Source: a virus
Lineage: Duplodnaviria; Caudoviricetes
Reading direction: 5' to 3' (one strand)
Length of the DNA: 64,000 bases
IMG/VR virus record: IMGVR_UViG_3300037249_000541
Coordinates: 42,382-106,381 of that record
The stretch's first letter is position 1. Every line of letters begins with the position of its first letter. Both the position numbers and the translations under genes were made by a program. Below are positions 30,330 through 40,737 of the stretch, piece after piece. The notes beneath the pieces are model-generated. The model made no database searches. It was not told the origin of the DNA and saw only the letters and a program-made list of their open reading frames with translations.

Positions 30330-32112
30330 TTGTTGTGTCTATTTCGTAGTTAATATAGTCAGTAATTGCTGACATAATGGCTTTTGTGTAAGGGCACTCA
30401 TACTCTCCTTTGACAATGTCTTTGAGATGTTTGAATGTCGCTACGAGCAACGTTTCGAGAAGGTCATCTCTGAACGCATAGAAACCACTCCTTAGTGCCT
30501 CTATGATTCCTTTGACTGCTTCTTCGACAGTTGATTCAAGCTTTATGCCGTCATTGTTGAGACCATAACGTTTGAGTTTTCCAACATTCTTCTTGATTGC
30601 GACTTTGATATCGTAAGGGAAGATTTTCTTCGGGTCTTTCAACTCCATTATTGACAGATTGACAAGCATCAAAGAAAGCTGGCGATATTCAATCATTCCA
30701 GTATCTTCGTCATTGTCATTTGCCGTAGTGTTGCTTGCCTCTGTTTTCTTCTCTGTATTGTTGAGGAATGTTCTCTTGTACTCCAACCAATTTTGGTAAA
30801 CAGTAGCTCCGTCAGGATTACTGTTCGGGTACTTGTTTGTCCACCATTGCCAATACTCGCCATAGTCCAAGGGTTTAGCAGCATCTACTATTCCATCGTC
30901 ATACTCATCGTTGCCATACTCATTGTTGTCGTCGTCATCAACGTATGCGTCTTCGCCAAGAATAGATAATACTGCTTTCCTAAACGATTCGCTTTCTTTA
31001 TTCTTTATTGCAAGCTCTGTTACTGAGCCATAGTCTCTGAACCACTGGTCGTCACTGTATTCGTCGTAGTAGTTTTGGTACGCGTACTCTTCCCTGGAGA
31101 TGTACTCTTGTCTTGACTGATAAGGAAGTAAACTTTGCTTCCAATAATCAAAGTCAATCTCAAAACCAGCCGTATCACAGTATTGAAGATACAGACCAAT
31201 CTTGTACCATTGGTCTTCTGTGAGAGCTGCTGTATTGAGTTTTCTTTCTCCGTTTTTGTCGTCTTGGTGGTAGTAGTGGAGCCAAGCTGAGTAGGCAAGA
31301 CTTCCACCGTTTCTTTGGTATTCCAAGAATTGCTCGTAGATGTTTTTCTTGTTCTTCCTACCTTTCTTGCCTTTCTTTGGCTGAAACTTTGTGAGTGTTC
31401 CATAGCCAGAGTAACCATAGTAGCTGGATTTCTTTCGTCTTTCCTCTTCTTCTTTCCTTTTACGCGCTTCTGCGAGGCTGTTGATACGGTCAACAAACTC
31501 AGCCTTCTGCGCTTCTGTCCATTCGGCTTCTGCATATTCAATGTTCTTTATGTCAAGAATTTCGAGAGCTTCAAAGTCCTTGAATGTTGTTTTTGTGTCT
31601 TGACCTTCGTTTTTCCATTTCGCAAACTCATTAGCGTACCTGTCGCCAGCAAGGACTTTTGTCTTTACTCGTTGTGTTATTCGCACTGAATAATCGCGGA
31701 CTTTTCTGTCGTTATATACGATTATTGAGAGGAAATTGGCTACATCAGGAGCTTTGCCTTCTTTCTCCATAGTATTATCATCTGTTCCTGATGGACCAAT
31801 AGTATACATACCATGGTGCGAATGGAGCAAGCCCATTTGGCAGCCAAGAAGCTTTCTGTGTCTGCTGATATATGTCAAAGCATACGTATCGTCATTGTTG
31901 AATGTTGTGAAGCCAGGTGTTCCTTCTTCATCCATAATAGCAAGGTCTTCAACTACTATGGACACTTTGGAATCTTCTCCTTCACCACCTTCTACCTTTT
32001 TGTGGTAGTAGTGGTTTCCACTCCATTCTTTGTCGGTACGCAGACTGCACATATATTCAATCTTCGCCATTACCAACGGCGAAAATTTCACTTTGATGTT
32101 TTCTGCTTTCAT
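30316..32112 (-). CDS. JAB/MPN+ metallopeptidase with long C-terminal extension
   Basis: EWSG...HSHH.M....SGTD JAMM motif. Confidence 0.85.
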   Translation of the reverse strand: MKAENIKVKFSPLVMAKIEYMCSLRTDKEWSGNHYYHKKVEGGEGEDSKVSIVVEDLAIMDEEGTPGFTTFNNDDTYALTYISRHRKLLGCQMGLLHSHHGMYTIGPSGTDDNTMEKEGKAPDVANFLSIIVYNDRKVRDYSVRITQRVKTKVLAGDRYANEFAKWKNEGQDTKTTFKDFEALEILDIKNIEYAEAEWTEAQKAEFVDRINSLAEARKRKEEEERRKKSSYYGYSGYGTLTKFQPKKGKKGRKNKKNIYEQFLEYQRNGGSLAYSAWLHYYHQDDKNGERKLNTAALTEDQWYKIGLYLQYCDTAGFEIDFDYWKQSLLPYQSRQEYISREEYAYQNYYDEYSDDQWFRDYGSVTELAIKNKESESFRKAVLSILGEDAYVDDDDNNEYGNDEYDDGIVDAAKPLDYGEYWQWWTNKYPNSNPDGATVYQNWLEYKRTFLNNTEKKTEASNTTANDNDEDTGMIEYRQLSLMLVNLSIMELKDPKKIFPYDIKVAIKKNVGKLKRYGLNNDGIKLESTVEEAVKGIIEALRSGFYAFRDDLLETLLVATFKHLKDIVKGEYECPYTKAIMSAITDYINYEIDTTNGKD

Positions 32113-33554
32113 TTTGTGTTGTTTATATTTACTATTTGCAATATGCCAAGTTTAATCATCGCATATACATTTGGGTGTAGTACAAGTATTGAATTATTAT
32201 CTTGATTGTCGCTGAGTTTTACCTTGTATTCTTTACCATTAAAATTAAGATGATTCTGGCACGCTTCAACGCGTGCAATAAAATCTGAGTCAAACGAACG
32301 TCCTGCTGACATTATCAATTTATTCATAGTAGAATCAAAGGTTACTCTTGTCGTACAAGATTTTGGGACAACTCCTAATCTTTTGGTACAAAGATGATAT
32401 AAATTTGTAAAATGCAAAACCAAGTCAGATTCAGTATTGGCAAAATTGATTATCTTGCCATTAGAATAGAACTTGACGAATCCATGAATTTGATTTTCAT
32501 CGAATATGTCTTTTATTGAAACTCCAATTGTTTTGAAACACAATGAATTCAATTTGTCATATTCTCTTTCGGTATTGCTGTATTTTGCATTTTCCAAATA
32601 GTCTTCTCCACCAGTAGAATTATTAATTTCAGTCATATACATATATGGGCCACCCAATGATGACTCAACTGATATGTAATTGTCTATATGAGAAAACCAC
32701 ATACGTATATATGAATCTGGAATTATATGCCATCCATCCAATCTACCTTGTTTGAATGAGTTTTCTACGTTGGTTACGTAGTCCACTATTGGTGAGTCTT
32801 CGCCAACACACTGCGCCTTGAACAAGAGAAATTTCTTTATCGCAGAGTCGCTATGACCTTCCAATCTTGGTCTATGACTGTGTACATAGTTAGATGTTAA
32901 CTGAGCCTTTGTATAAGTAGCTTTTGTCCCAAATAATCCTATTTGAAAATGTTGATGTGTCATGTTTGGTGATGCAATCATTCCATTAGTTGTGTTAAAC
33001 CGTAGGAAATAATCTTGTAGATGTACACTCAACTTTTCATTCTCATTAGATGTTACCGTTATTTCTGGATAATGAATATACACAAATTGTTCGTTGTAGT
33101 AGTAGTCGGTATCCAGAGGAAGGTCTATCTCTACTGATGGGATTATTGTTCCATACAAGTCACGGCATTTACGGTACATTAGGTCATTGAAATCTTTTGC
33201 CATAAGCAATATAATTGATGCATCTACTTTTTTGTCTCTTACATCATTTATGACATATTCAAAAACCTTAATAGGAGCTTCTATGGGCAGACTTGTACAT
33301 TCATACATTTCACGAAATTTTGCTTTACAAGCAAATCCGTAAGAACAAGTTGATACTAAATCTCGTCCAATTCCTTGGTTTCTGCCCGTTAAGAAATCAA
33401 TGAATAACTTCTTATACTCTTTATCTGTAACGTTAGTCGCTACATTTTCTTCCCCGTATTTACGCTTGGCAAGTTGCACGATTCGTCTGGTTTCGTATGT
33501 TGCACACATCCATACTAATCGAGCAATTCCTTCTTCTGATTTAAGATGATTCAT
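32109..33554 (-). CDS. prokaryotic E2-like protein
   Basis: Y.HSH...C(VG).SPI motif; position between Ubl and JAB genes. Confidence 0.55.
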   Translation of the reverse strand: MNHLKSEEGIARLVWMCATYETRRIVQLAKRKYGEENVATNVTDKEYKKLFIDFLTGRNQGIGRDLVSTCSYGFACKAKFREMYECTSLPIEAPIKVFEYVINDVRDKKVDASIILLMAKDFNDLMYRKCRDLYGTIIPSVEIDLPLDTDYYYNEQFVYIHYPEITVTSNENEKLSVHLQDYFLRFNTTNGMIASPNMTHQHFQIGLFGTKATYTKAQLTSNYVHSHRPRLEGHSDSAIKKFLLFKAQCVGEDSPIVDYVTNVENSFKQGRLDGWHIIPDSYIRMWFSHIDNYISVESSLGGPYMYMTEINNSTGGEDYLENAKYSNTEREYDKLNSLCFKTIGVSIKDIFDENQIHGFVKFYSNGKIINFANTESDLVLHFTNLYHLCTKRLGVVPKSCTTRVTFDSTMNKLIMSAGRSFDSDFIARVEACQNHLNFNGKEYKVKLSDNQDNNSILVLHPNVYAMIKLGILQIVNINNTK

Positions 33555-33624
33555 ATCTTTTTAATACGGAAAGGGTGAACTCACTTTCGTGAATCCACCC
33601 AAAAGATGAAACAGATAGATTTGA

Positions 33625-34365
33625 TTAGTTGTTCCTTGTTTGAGCAAAGATGCGCTTGCCAGGAACGTATTCTTCCTTGCTGCTGCCAGTCGTGTTAGCG
33701 TTGGTATTGTAGTTGGTACTCAACCTTGAAACTTGTTCAGAGAGCTTTCCAATCGCCGTAGCGAAATTCCTGTTTTGTTCGAGCATTGCTTCTGTTAGCT
33801 TGTTGAGCTGAGCTACGAGAGGGTCTCCTTCTTCTTTCTTCTTCTTCTCAACAAGTTTTTCTACTTGGGATTCGTTGATAAACTTCCTGAGCGTGTTGAG
33901 ACCAGCTGCTTCTGGCTGAATTCCATACTTTGCGACAAATTTGTCAACATCACCACGGTTGTTGATGATTGCGCAGCACTCTTCGATGTTGTTCATAGAC
34001 AGTGCGCACACCGCAATACCACTGTTGTAGAGCTTCCTTGATTCCGAGAGAGTCACATACAAGTATGGACCATCATCATCTTGAAGATGCTCATCAACGT
34101 AGTCTTGGTCTACGATGTTGTCGAAACGACTGTCATTAACATCGAGAATATCGCAGCTCTTTTCAAACAACGGTACAGTATTGGTTAATACACCGTGAGT
34201 GTCTGTTGTGAACTGGAACTTGTCAACATCTGAATTTCTTAATTCTGTGTTGCCGATGATGTCGCGTTTCAACTCTGCGATTGTTGAGGCTTGCGACATG
34301 ATTGCTACGTGTCCGTCTGGAATGGCAGGACAATTGATTACGATAGGTCGTGCTTTTGCGTACAT
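33625..34365 (-). CDS. ubiquitin-like (beta-grasp) precursor protein
   Basis: R.I.I...IMS.A.T.AELK.D...L.V.L...K...SG(116) followed by a helical extension. Confidence 0.55.
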   Translation of the reverse strand: MYAKARPIVINCPAIPDGHVAIMSQASTIAELKRDIIGNTELRNSDVDKFQFTTDTHGVLTNTVPLFEKSCDILDVNDSRFDNIVDQDYVDEHLQDDDGPYLYVTLSESRKLYNSGIAVCALSMNNIEECCAIINNRGDVDKFVAKYGIQPEAAGLNTLRKFINESQVEKLVEKKKKEEGDPLVAQLNKLTEAMLEQNRNFATAIGKLSEQVSRLSTNYNTNANTTGSSKEEYVPGKRIFAQTRNN

Positions 34366-34379
34366 TTTTTAATTGTTTT

Positions 34380-34589
34380 TTAAAGTTTTATTACTTCTCC
34401 AAGTTTGTGCTTGGAATTGTTAGAAAACGGGAAAACGTATGATACTGCCATGTAACCGAGGTCTTTTGCATAAGCTATAACCTTTTTGTTCATTTCGTTC
34501 ACACTGTCGCCCTTAGAAAAAAAGTTTTTAGGGAGTTTGATTTTCTTTGTCTCTTTATCCCTCTTCATTGTGAGTGTTATCCCTTCCAT
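34380..34589 (-). CDS. small hypothetical protein
   Basis: ORF overlapping the primase stop. Confidence 0.5.
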   Translation of the reverse strand: MEGITLTMKRDKETKKIKLPKNFFSKGDSVNEMNKKVIAYAKDLGYMAVSYVFPFSNNSKHKLGEVIKL

Positions 34590-35550
34590 TTTTAGCGTGT
34601 ATTAATTTGTTAAACATATTTATAAAGGGGGTTTGACCATTCAGCTTGTAATAGTCTGATACGTCCTTACCCCCTTCAAAGGGTGGGATAACAATGTTTT
34701 CGATATTGTATTTGTCAGACAAATGTGAAGAATATTCCAATCCTTTTTTATCATTATCATAGAGTATTCTAAATCTTGCATTAGGAAACATCTTTTTCAA
34801 ATATTCAAAAGGTATGTCATATCCTTCACCTTGTGGTGCAATACAATGTACTTGCAGATTTCCCCAAAGACATAATGCGTCTTTGACACTGCTACAAATT
34901 ATGATATCACCAACATCCCTATTCACAGCATATGTTAGAGACATAGTGTCTTTGGGGTAGTTGTTAAACCACTTATGGCCGTCGCTGTTTAATGGCTGAT
35001 AAATCTTATGGTAAATCTCACCATTCCGTTCTTCCACATAGGTATAAGCAAACTTATCTGCACGGAAAACATTTTCGTTTATCCAATAATAATCTATGGG
35101 GTAGATGTCAAATTGTTTTAAAAATTCTAAATCTACTCCATAGGTCTGCCAATACTCTTTGTCATATGTTTCAAACCCCCTAACTCGGACTTGAATCACG
35201 TTTGGATGCTTTTGTTCTTTTTTAACATAAGTTGTCTTATGTTGATATGTATGAGAAGTTGGTTTTACTTTAAAATCTTTCGCTATCATAGACAGCGCGT
35301 CTTTTATCGTAATTCCAAATTTCTTGCATATCATATCAAGAACATCACCATACTCACCAGTAGAGAAATCCTTATATGTAATCTTTCCTGTCTTTGATGT
35401 AAGACTGAAAGAAGGATGTCTATCTGGTCTTAATGGTGAATTTGTTACACCCATTCTCGTAATACCAAAATAATAGCTTAACAGTTCGTAATCGCTTACG
35501 TAACTATTAAGCGTATTAGTATCTAATAGTATTCGGGGTTTAGCGAACAT
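34555..35550 (-). CDS. dnaG: DnaG-like primase
   Basis: SPLR.D.HPSF, YKDF..GE.GD, TOPRIM SSVKD, GE, YDND..G, KDVSD. Confidence 0.9.
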   Translation of the reverse strand: MFAKPRILLDTNTLNSYVSDYELLSYYFGITRMGVTNSPLRPDRHPSFSLTSKTGKITYKDFSTGEYGDVLDMICKKFGITIKDALSMIAKDFKVKPTSHTYQHKTTYVKKEQKHPNVIQVRVRGFETYDKEYWQTYGVDLEFLKQFDIYPIDYYWINENVFRADKFAYTYVEERNGEIYHKIYQPLNSDGHKWFNNYPKDTMSLTYAVNRDVGDIIICSSVKDALCLWGNLQVHCIAPQGEGYDIPFEYLKKMFPNARFRILYDNDKKGLEYSSHLSDKYNIENIVIPPFEGGKDVSDYYKLNGQTPFINMFNKLIHAKNGRDNTHNEEG

Positions 35551-35553
35551 TTT

Positions 35554-36459
35554 TTAGAACGGAAGGTCGTTGTCTGGTTTCTTGATGTCGTTCTTCGTGG
35601 TTATCTTCGTTGGGCTAACCTCATACTTTACAAGGTTTGCCAAAACGTGTCCTTCGTAAAGGATGTCAGTACCTTGTATGGGGTTCTTTGCCCAATCGGC
35701 TTCGATTCCATTGAAGTTCTTGAAGTTCGACTTTTTGATTGCATAGATGGACTGATAATCGCCCTTATCGGTATGTCTGATACCGAATATAAGCAATACA
35801 TCATTAGAACCTTCCAATGCTTTCTTGATGGTCTTGACGTCGCCTTTGCAAAGAGCGATGAGTTCGGCAGGCTCGAAGTAGCAAAGGTATTCATCTTCGT
35901 TAGCCTTGATTTCCTCATCAGTAAGGTCGCGATACGAATTGTCCGCCAATCTTACAGATAAGTTTTTCAAGCCAAGATGAGCCTTCATTAACTCGATTAC
36001 CTCTTCTTCACCCTTAACGGCAGCACGGTATTCCTTGCTGATACGAGCTGGACCAGTAGAATACTGAGGAATTACTCCTGCTTTGTATTCGTCTGGTGTA
36101 GCCCACGCGAACCTACCATAGTGGTCGCATATCTGAATCTTACCAGTCCTGCTACCAACATAGGCACTGTTGGAAATCCACACCTTATACGCTACGTACT
36201 TCTTCTCTCCTTCAAAGTCGAAAGAGTACCAAAATTCGAGAGCATTCTGGGTGCCGTTGCTTTCCTTGCCGTTGACGTCTATTACCTTCGTTTCCGAAAC
36301 ATAGACTTTCTCCTTATCAAGATTTATTCCGATTTTTGCCAGCTCTTCCTTTGTCGGATTAACGAATTCAAGGTGAGCTATTGTTGAGCCAAGAAACTTC
36401 TCAATTGGTGCTGCTTCACGCACTTCTTGAGACTTGGCGAAAGCCATGAGATTTAACAT
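35554..36459 (-). CDS. ssb: single-stranded DNA-binding protein (crAss-type)
   Basis: VNPT.EEL, K.Q..D.YGR.AW, R.A..GEE, acidic tail DLPF. Confidence 0.75.
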   Translation of the reverse strand: MLNLMAFAKSQEVREAAPIEKFLGSTIAHLEFVNPTKEELAKIGINLDKEKVYVSETKVIDVNGKESNGTQNALEFWYSFDFEGEKKYVAYKVWISNSAYVGSRTGKIQICDHYGRFAWATPDEYKAGVIPQYSTGPARISKEYRAAVKGEEEVIELMKAHLGLKNLSVRLADNSYRDLTDEEIKANEDEYLCYFEPAELIALCKGDVKTIKKALEGSNDVLLIFGIRHTDKGDYQSIYAIKKSNFKNFNGIEADWAKNPIQGTDILYEGHVLANLVKYEVSPTKITTKNDIKKPDNDLPF

Positions 36460-36849
36460 TTATTCTTGGAAGTTTTGATTGTTATTACTTACCTCAGCTG
36501 CCTCCTCGACAGCTTCGGTGTTTGCTGTTGTCGGGTCTGCTGTGGGAAGATACGTGTCGTACTTCCATTGCACTGCGTTCTTGTAGATGGTTTTGCCATC
36601 CTTTTCGCCAGTAGGAACTTTAACGATGTTAAACAAATCTTTAAAGCCATACTGAGTGCCTGTCTTAGTTGCAATCAATTGGTCGGTTGCTTTAAGACTT
36701 TCCTTGATTGCATCTACTTTTTCTTGTTGCCTTTTGAGCTTTGCTTCTTCGTTAGCCAACTGAGTTCTTTCGGTAATTGAAGATTCAGCTACCTTCTTTA
36801 CAGAGTTAGCTACCATTGCAGGCAAAAGTTTTTCTGTTTTGTTATCCAT
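36460..36849 (-). CDS. hypothetical protein
   Basis: ORF in replication operon. Confidence 0.6.
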   Translation of the reverse strand: MDNKTEKLLPAMVANSVKKVAESSITERTQLANEEAKLKRQQEKVDAIKESLKATDQLIATKTGTQYGFKDLFNIVKVPTGEKDGKTIYKNAVQWKYDTYLPTADPTTANTEAVEEAAEVSNNNQNFQE

Positions 36850-36861
36850 TTTTGTGTGTTT

Positions 36862-37545
36862 TTAATAGTAATTATTCATTGCCTCAACAACATCGCCAAG
36901 GCTATTAGGTATGAATATCTCGTCAAACATTCCTGCTGGTGATTTTGCAGGGATTTCCACTCCACCTTCAACCATACAACGGTTGGTGTAGAATCCGTAC
37001 TCTGGAACGCCATCGTGATACCTTACGGCACTGAACAGCGCAATAGATACTATCTCCATAGGATTAAACTTTTCGTCGAGCAACTTGCCAACGGTAGACA
37101 GTTTATAGCCTATTAGAGAGCCATCTGAGAACACAGGTTCTGTGTGGAGCATCATAAAGACATTGAGGTCGCTTCTGAGAGAACCACAAGTCTCAATGAC
37201 TTCCTTGAAGTGTTGTGCAAGCTCGGTGAACTTGCCAAAGCCAATTTCTTTCGCTCTGTCAAAGAACTCTCCACGCATAATGTAAATAGCATCATCAATG
37301 ACGATGTTCTTTACTGATTCGTTCTTCTCTGAAATGTTTTTCAAATAAGAACATATTGTAGCGTAGTTCTTCAAGTTGAACAAATTCTTTCTGTCGGCAT
37401 TATAGTCGCCTTTGCTGCCCTTCCAAGGAAGGTTTCCCTTACCTTCATTCACCTGGAAGATGATAGTTTCTTCGGGGTTCAGTGTGGCAATAGATGAAGT
37501 CTTGCCAGTACCAGTAGCCCCTGCTATGATTATAACTGTAGCCAT
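36862..37545 (-). CDS. AAA_24 / Sak4-like ATPase
   Basis: GATGTGKT, IVIDD, H.E, AKSP.GMF. Confidence 0.88.
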   Translation of the reverse strand: MATVIIIAGATGTGKTSSIATLNPEETIIFQVNEGKGNLPWKGSKGDYNADRKNLFNLKNYATICSYLKNISEKNESVKNIVIDDAIYIMRGEFFDRAKEIGFGKFTELAQHFKEVIETCGSLRSDLNVFMMLHTEPVFSDGSLIGYKLSTVGKLLDEKFNPMEIVSIALFSAVRYHDGVPEYGFYTNRCMVEGGVEIPAKSPAGMFDEIFIPNSLGDVVEAMNNYY

Positions 37546-38783
37546 TCTTTGAGATTAATGAAAATGTTTGCAAATTTAGGAATTTTTCTTTTATTTACCA
37601 TAGTGGATAATAATAATTTTCCACGATTTCCATAAAAGTTTCTTTTGTATTCCTCTTTGAGTTTTAGCAAATCTTCATATAATCTTTCTAAGCCAGCCTT
37701 ATCAGTATATTCGGGCATCTCCTTGAATACAGAAGATTCGCCGATAAACAGAAGAGGTTCACATAGATTGATGGCTCCATTATCTCTATCTTCTTTTATG
37801 AAGAAGAATCTGATGTTATCTCTCCATTTTTGGATGTCATAACCCATAAACTCCTTCATTTCATATTTGAATGGAGACATTAATCCACACAAGAGAGTTA
37901 GGTCTTTTGAAGTTGATTTGTTTTTATCAAGTCCTTCTGCACTTGGTACAACATCATTGTTTTGACGTCTTAAAAGAGACTCTTTTTCTTGAGCTTGATG
38001 CTGAACTGCAATTACCAAAAATCCCATTTTTGAGAGTTTGATGAAGTTTTTTGAACAATCTTCAATCTCTTTATATATAGTGGAATTATTTGGAATTGCA
38101 AGATTAGCATAGTTATCTAAGATAACCATAGGCATAAGAGTATCATCGTCCCAAGTAAAAGGATTGTTTTCATCGACCACTTCTTCTTCTATGAAGCATC
38201 TCATAGTCGGATTCCAAACCTTCTTCTTGACCTTGTTGTAATGACCGTGCTGCTCTGCATATCGTAATGCAGCTTCATAAATCTCTTCTTTTGAAGAGAT
38301 ACAGAACCCAGTATATGGGTCTGTAGGGAATTCAACGTTATCAAGGAACGCATTGATATAGCGTTGATATGGTTCTGATTTAAGTTTATCAAATATCCAA
38401 GAAGGTGCAGATATTCCTTTTGTAGTAGATTTGATAATCTTGTTATCTACAATCATATTATCAACTGCATAGAACAAATAGTTATACAGTGATATTCTTT
38501 TCTTTTGTGGAGATTCCTCTAAAGAAAAGTAGAGGATATGTGGCTTTATTTTCTTATCTTCAAGAATGAGGTCTAATGATTTATATACAAATACATAGTC
38601 AACAAACTTGGATTTGCCTACCTTTTGGTTGGCAGTAACTATAATGTAGTTGCCCCTCTCGAAACCTGGAAAGCGTTCCTCTCCTCGTGGAAATGGAAAT
38701 GGCAAACAGTTATAATAACCACTGTCATTCCTATCCTTACGCTCTTCAAGAAACGCTAAATCCTGCTCGAATATCAGGTTCAC
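37530..38783 (-). CDS. dnaB: DnaB-like replicative helicase
   Basis: ANQKVGKS, YFSLEE, ILDN, VQHQ. Confidence 0.82.
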   Translation of the reverse strand: MNLIFEQDLAFLEERKDRNDSGYYNCLPFPFPRGEERFPGFERGNYIIVTANQKVGKSKFVDYVFVYKSLDLILEDKKIKPHILYFSLEESPQKKRISLYNYLFYAVDNMIVDNKIIKSTTKGISAPSWIFDKLKSEPYQRYINAFLDNVEFPTDPYTGFCISSKEEIYEAALRYAEQHGHYNKVKKKVWNPTMRCFIEEEVVDENNPFTWDDDTLMPMVILDNYANLAIPNNSTIYKEIEDCSKNFIKLSKMGFLVIAVQHQAQEKESLLRRQNNDVVPSAEGLDKNKSTSKDLTLLCGLMSPFKYEMKEFMGYDIQKWRDNIRFFFIKEDRDNGAINLCEPLLFIGESSVFKEMPEYTDKAGLERLYEDLLKLKEEYKRNFYGNRGKLLLSTMVNKRKIPKFANIFINLKEWLQL

Positions 38784-39280
38784 TTATAAAGCCAATTAGT
38801 GTCTTGCTGTTGTTCGTCGCCTTGCTCCATATCCAAATAATCGAGTAAATCCGAATGGAATCCACCTTCTTCTTTCCATATAAAGTAAGGCAACACGCGT
38901 TTGTACGTCTTGTCAATGCAGTCAATATATCTGCGTGTCGCATCAACAATCTGTTCATCGGTATAGGAAGACAAGTCTATCCTGTCCGACATAAGACGTT
39001 TTTCAATGAGTTGTACTGAACCAGTCCAAGGTTTACTCGTACTTCCGATGTTTTTTTGACCGATACATCCATATTCTTTGTATGTATTAATCATTCTTTG
39101 AGCAACATCTTTAAAGTTTCGTTTAGGTTTCTTTTCAAGATTGCTCAAATCAAGAATAATACAATTAAAGTATGGAGTATAGTCTGGTCTGTCTTTACAT
39201 ACAATATTCCTCAAACCAGTCAACTCAGTGATAACGTCTGACAACGTTTTCAAGGCTAAATAAAAAAGGCAGATAATCAT
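38780..39280 (-). CDS. hypothetical protein (replication initiator / helicase loader-like)
   Basis: AT.RY...L.YFIWK...SDL.DY motif; upstream of dnaB. Confidence 0.5.
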   Translation of the reverse strand: MIICLFYLALKTLSDVITELTGLRNIVCKDRPDYTPYFNCIILDLSNLEKKPKRNFKDVAQRMINTYKEYGCIGQKNIGSTSKPWTGSVQLIEKRLMSDRIDLSSYTDEQIVDATRRYIDCIDKTYKRVLPYFIWKEEGGFHSDLLDYLDMEQGDEQQQDTNWLYK

Positions 39281-39383
39281 TGTTCCACCGCGTTACATAA
39301 GTAAGTTGGTAAAATAATGATTATCCGCCTAATCTTGAAAATGCTATTTAAATAGCCTGGAAAAATTGCGTTGTTACGCTTGT

Positions 39384-39839
39384 TTAGAAGTCTTCGCCTT
39401 CTGCAATTGCCTGCTGCTGGTCGATGTATGCCTGAAGCTGTTCAGGAGACATCTTGGTGAGCAACTGAGCTTCTGCCTTCTCTTTCTGCTCCTTAGCGAG
39501 TTCGACATTGCGCTGCGCCTTACGCTTCCTCTCGGCAGCGTCAGCTTGCTCTTTCTTGCTGTCGTAGATGCCTTTGATTACTTCAAAGGTGAACTTGTCC
39601 TTCTTTGAAGCCTTGCTATCCTCGACGAAATAGCTTGTCGTGCCGTTTGCGTCAGAGATTTTCTTCTCATAACGCTTGCCGATAGCGGCAATTGTGGGGA
39701 GAGATTCGTCAACCAAGTCCTGTACGGGCATGAATTCGCCGTCTGCGGTTTCTACTTGGAGGTGCATCTCAACTGCTTTCTGGAAGGGAGATACTGTTGT
39801 CTGTGCAGCTGCTGCTGCGATTGTTGCTGTTTCAGCCAT
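39384..39839 (-). CDS. coiled-coil protein, probable paralogue of 46788-47279
   Basis: DL.D.SL..I..I...F..V.K.I...K...MSPEQL pattern. Confidence 0.65.
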   Translation of the reverse strand: MAETATIAAAAAQTTVSPFQKAVEMHLQVETADGEFMPVQDLVDESLPTIAAIGKRYEKKISDANGTTSYFVEDSKASKKDKFTFEVIKGIYDSKKEQADAAERKRKAQRNVELAKEQKEKAEAQLLTKMSPEQLQAYIDQQQAIAEGEDF

Positions 39840-39901
39840 AATTGATTGATTTATTAATTAATTAATAATACACCGTCTTTGGTTGGACGTGTGTTTTGTT
39901 T

Positions 39902-40031
39902 TGACACTTTACATTCTCTTTTTTCTCCATTGGACCAGTGTGGAATTGAACCACAGACGCAAGGATTTCAACCCTTCGCTCTACCTGCTGAGCTACCAGC
40001 CCCTAAAAGAGAATTATAATTGTAAGTGTCA
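39902..40031 (-). ncRNA. motif RNA A: shared helix enclosing a tRNA-Phe-like cloverleaf (6-nt anticodon loop)
   Basis: TGACACTTACA...TGTAAAGTGTCA flanks GGGGCTGGTAGCTCAG...AAGGG-TTGAAA-TCCTT...GTTCAATT. Confidence 0.8.
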
Positions 40032-40035
40032 TTTG

Positions 40036-40094
40036 TAGTGTAGCCAGGACTCGAACCTGGACGTGTTCCAACACACGTTCCTATATCTACACTA
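40036..40094 (-). ncRNA. D-armless tRNA-like element
   Basis: TAGTGTAG/CTACACTA acceptor, ACGTGT/ACACGT hairpin, CCAGG-TTCGAGT-CCTGG. Confidence 0.7.
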
Positions 40095-40735
40095 ACTCTT
40101 ACTACGTTGTCCTGGGCTAAAGCCCAACTCGGAGACATTCAGAGTGCCTTTTACGACGGCCCACGCCTTCGTGATAGAAGGATTGACGTGAGATTACGGA
40201 GAATCTCCTTGTCGTGGCTGTTGGAGGAACTGCCCCTCCTTGGTCTTGTTATCCCACAGCCTGTTGAATATGTTTCAATCCAACCCAGTCACCTCATTAG
40301 ATTTGATAATTCACCGTATAAAGTCATATGCTATTGATTACTCGCGGATTGACGTTTCAAACACATAAGTGAATACTCCGTACTGCCCTTTCTTCATCAC
40401 ATAAGTATTCTTGATATACAGCTCCTTATCGGCGTACAGGAGATGACTCATTTTCGCCCTTAGTCTTTCCCAAGTGTCAGTAGTCTTCCCCACTTCCAGA
40501 TTTACCATAAAAATCCCGCAAGATTTAAACAGTTGCAAGTTTACTCTTGGGTCTTACGTTGACCACACCGACCTGCTTCTCGGCAGGCTCATATCCATTT
40601 CGTCAGGCCACGGCACCAACTTGGCGTTTAACTATACTCCTTGCGACAATCTAACTGCGTCCAGTTAGCATTGGAAGTGTGTCGAAGTTCGCAACCTGGG
40701 TGTTCCCGTGCTGAGATAGCTGGAGAAAGAAATAT
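40095..40735 (-). ncRNA. candidate large structured RNA (about 640 nt)
   Basis: No credible ORF; GC-richer; many hairpins (CTAACTG/CAGTTAG, CCTGC/GCAGG, GAGATT/AATCTC, CCTTC/GAAGG, TGGGCT/AGCCCA). Confidence 0.55.
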
Positions 40736-40737
40736 CT

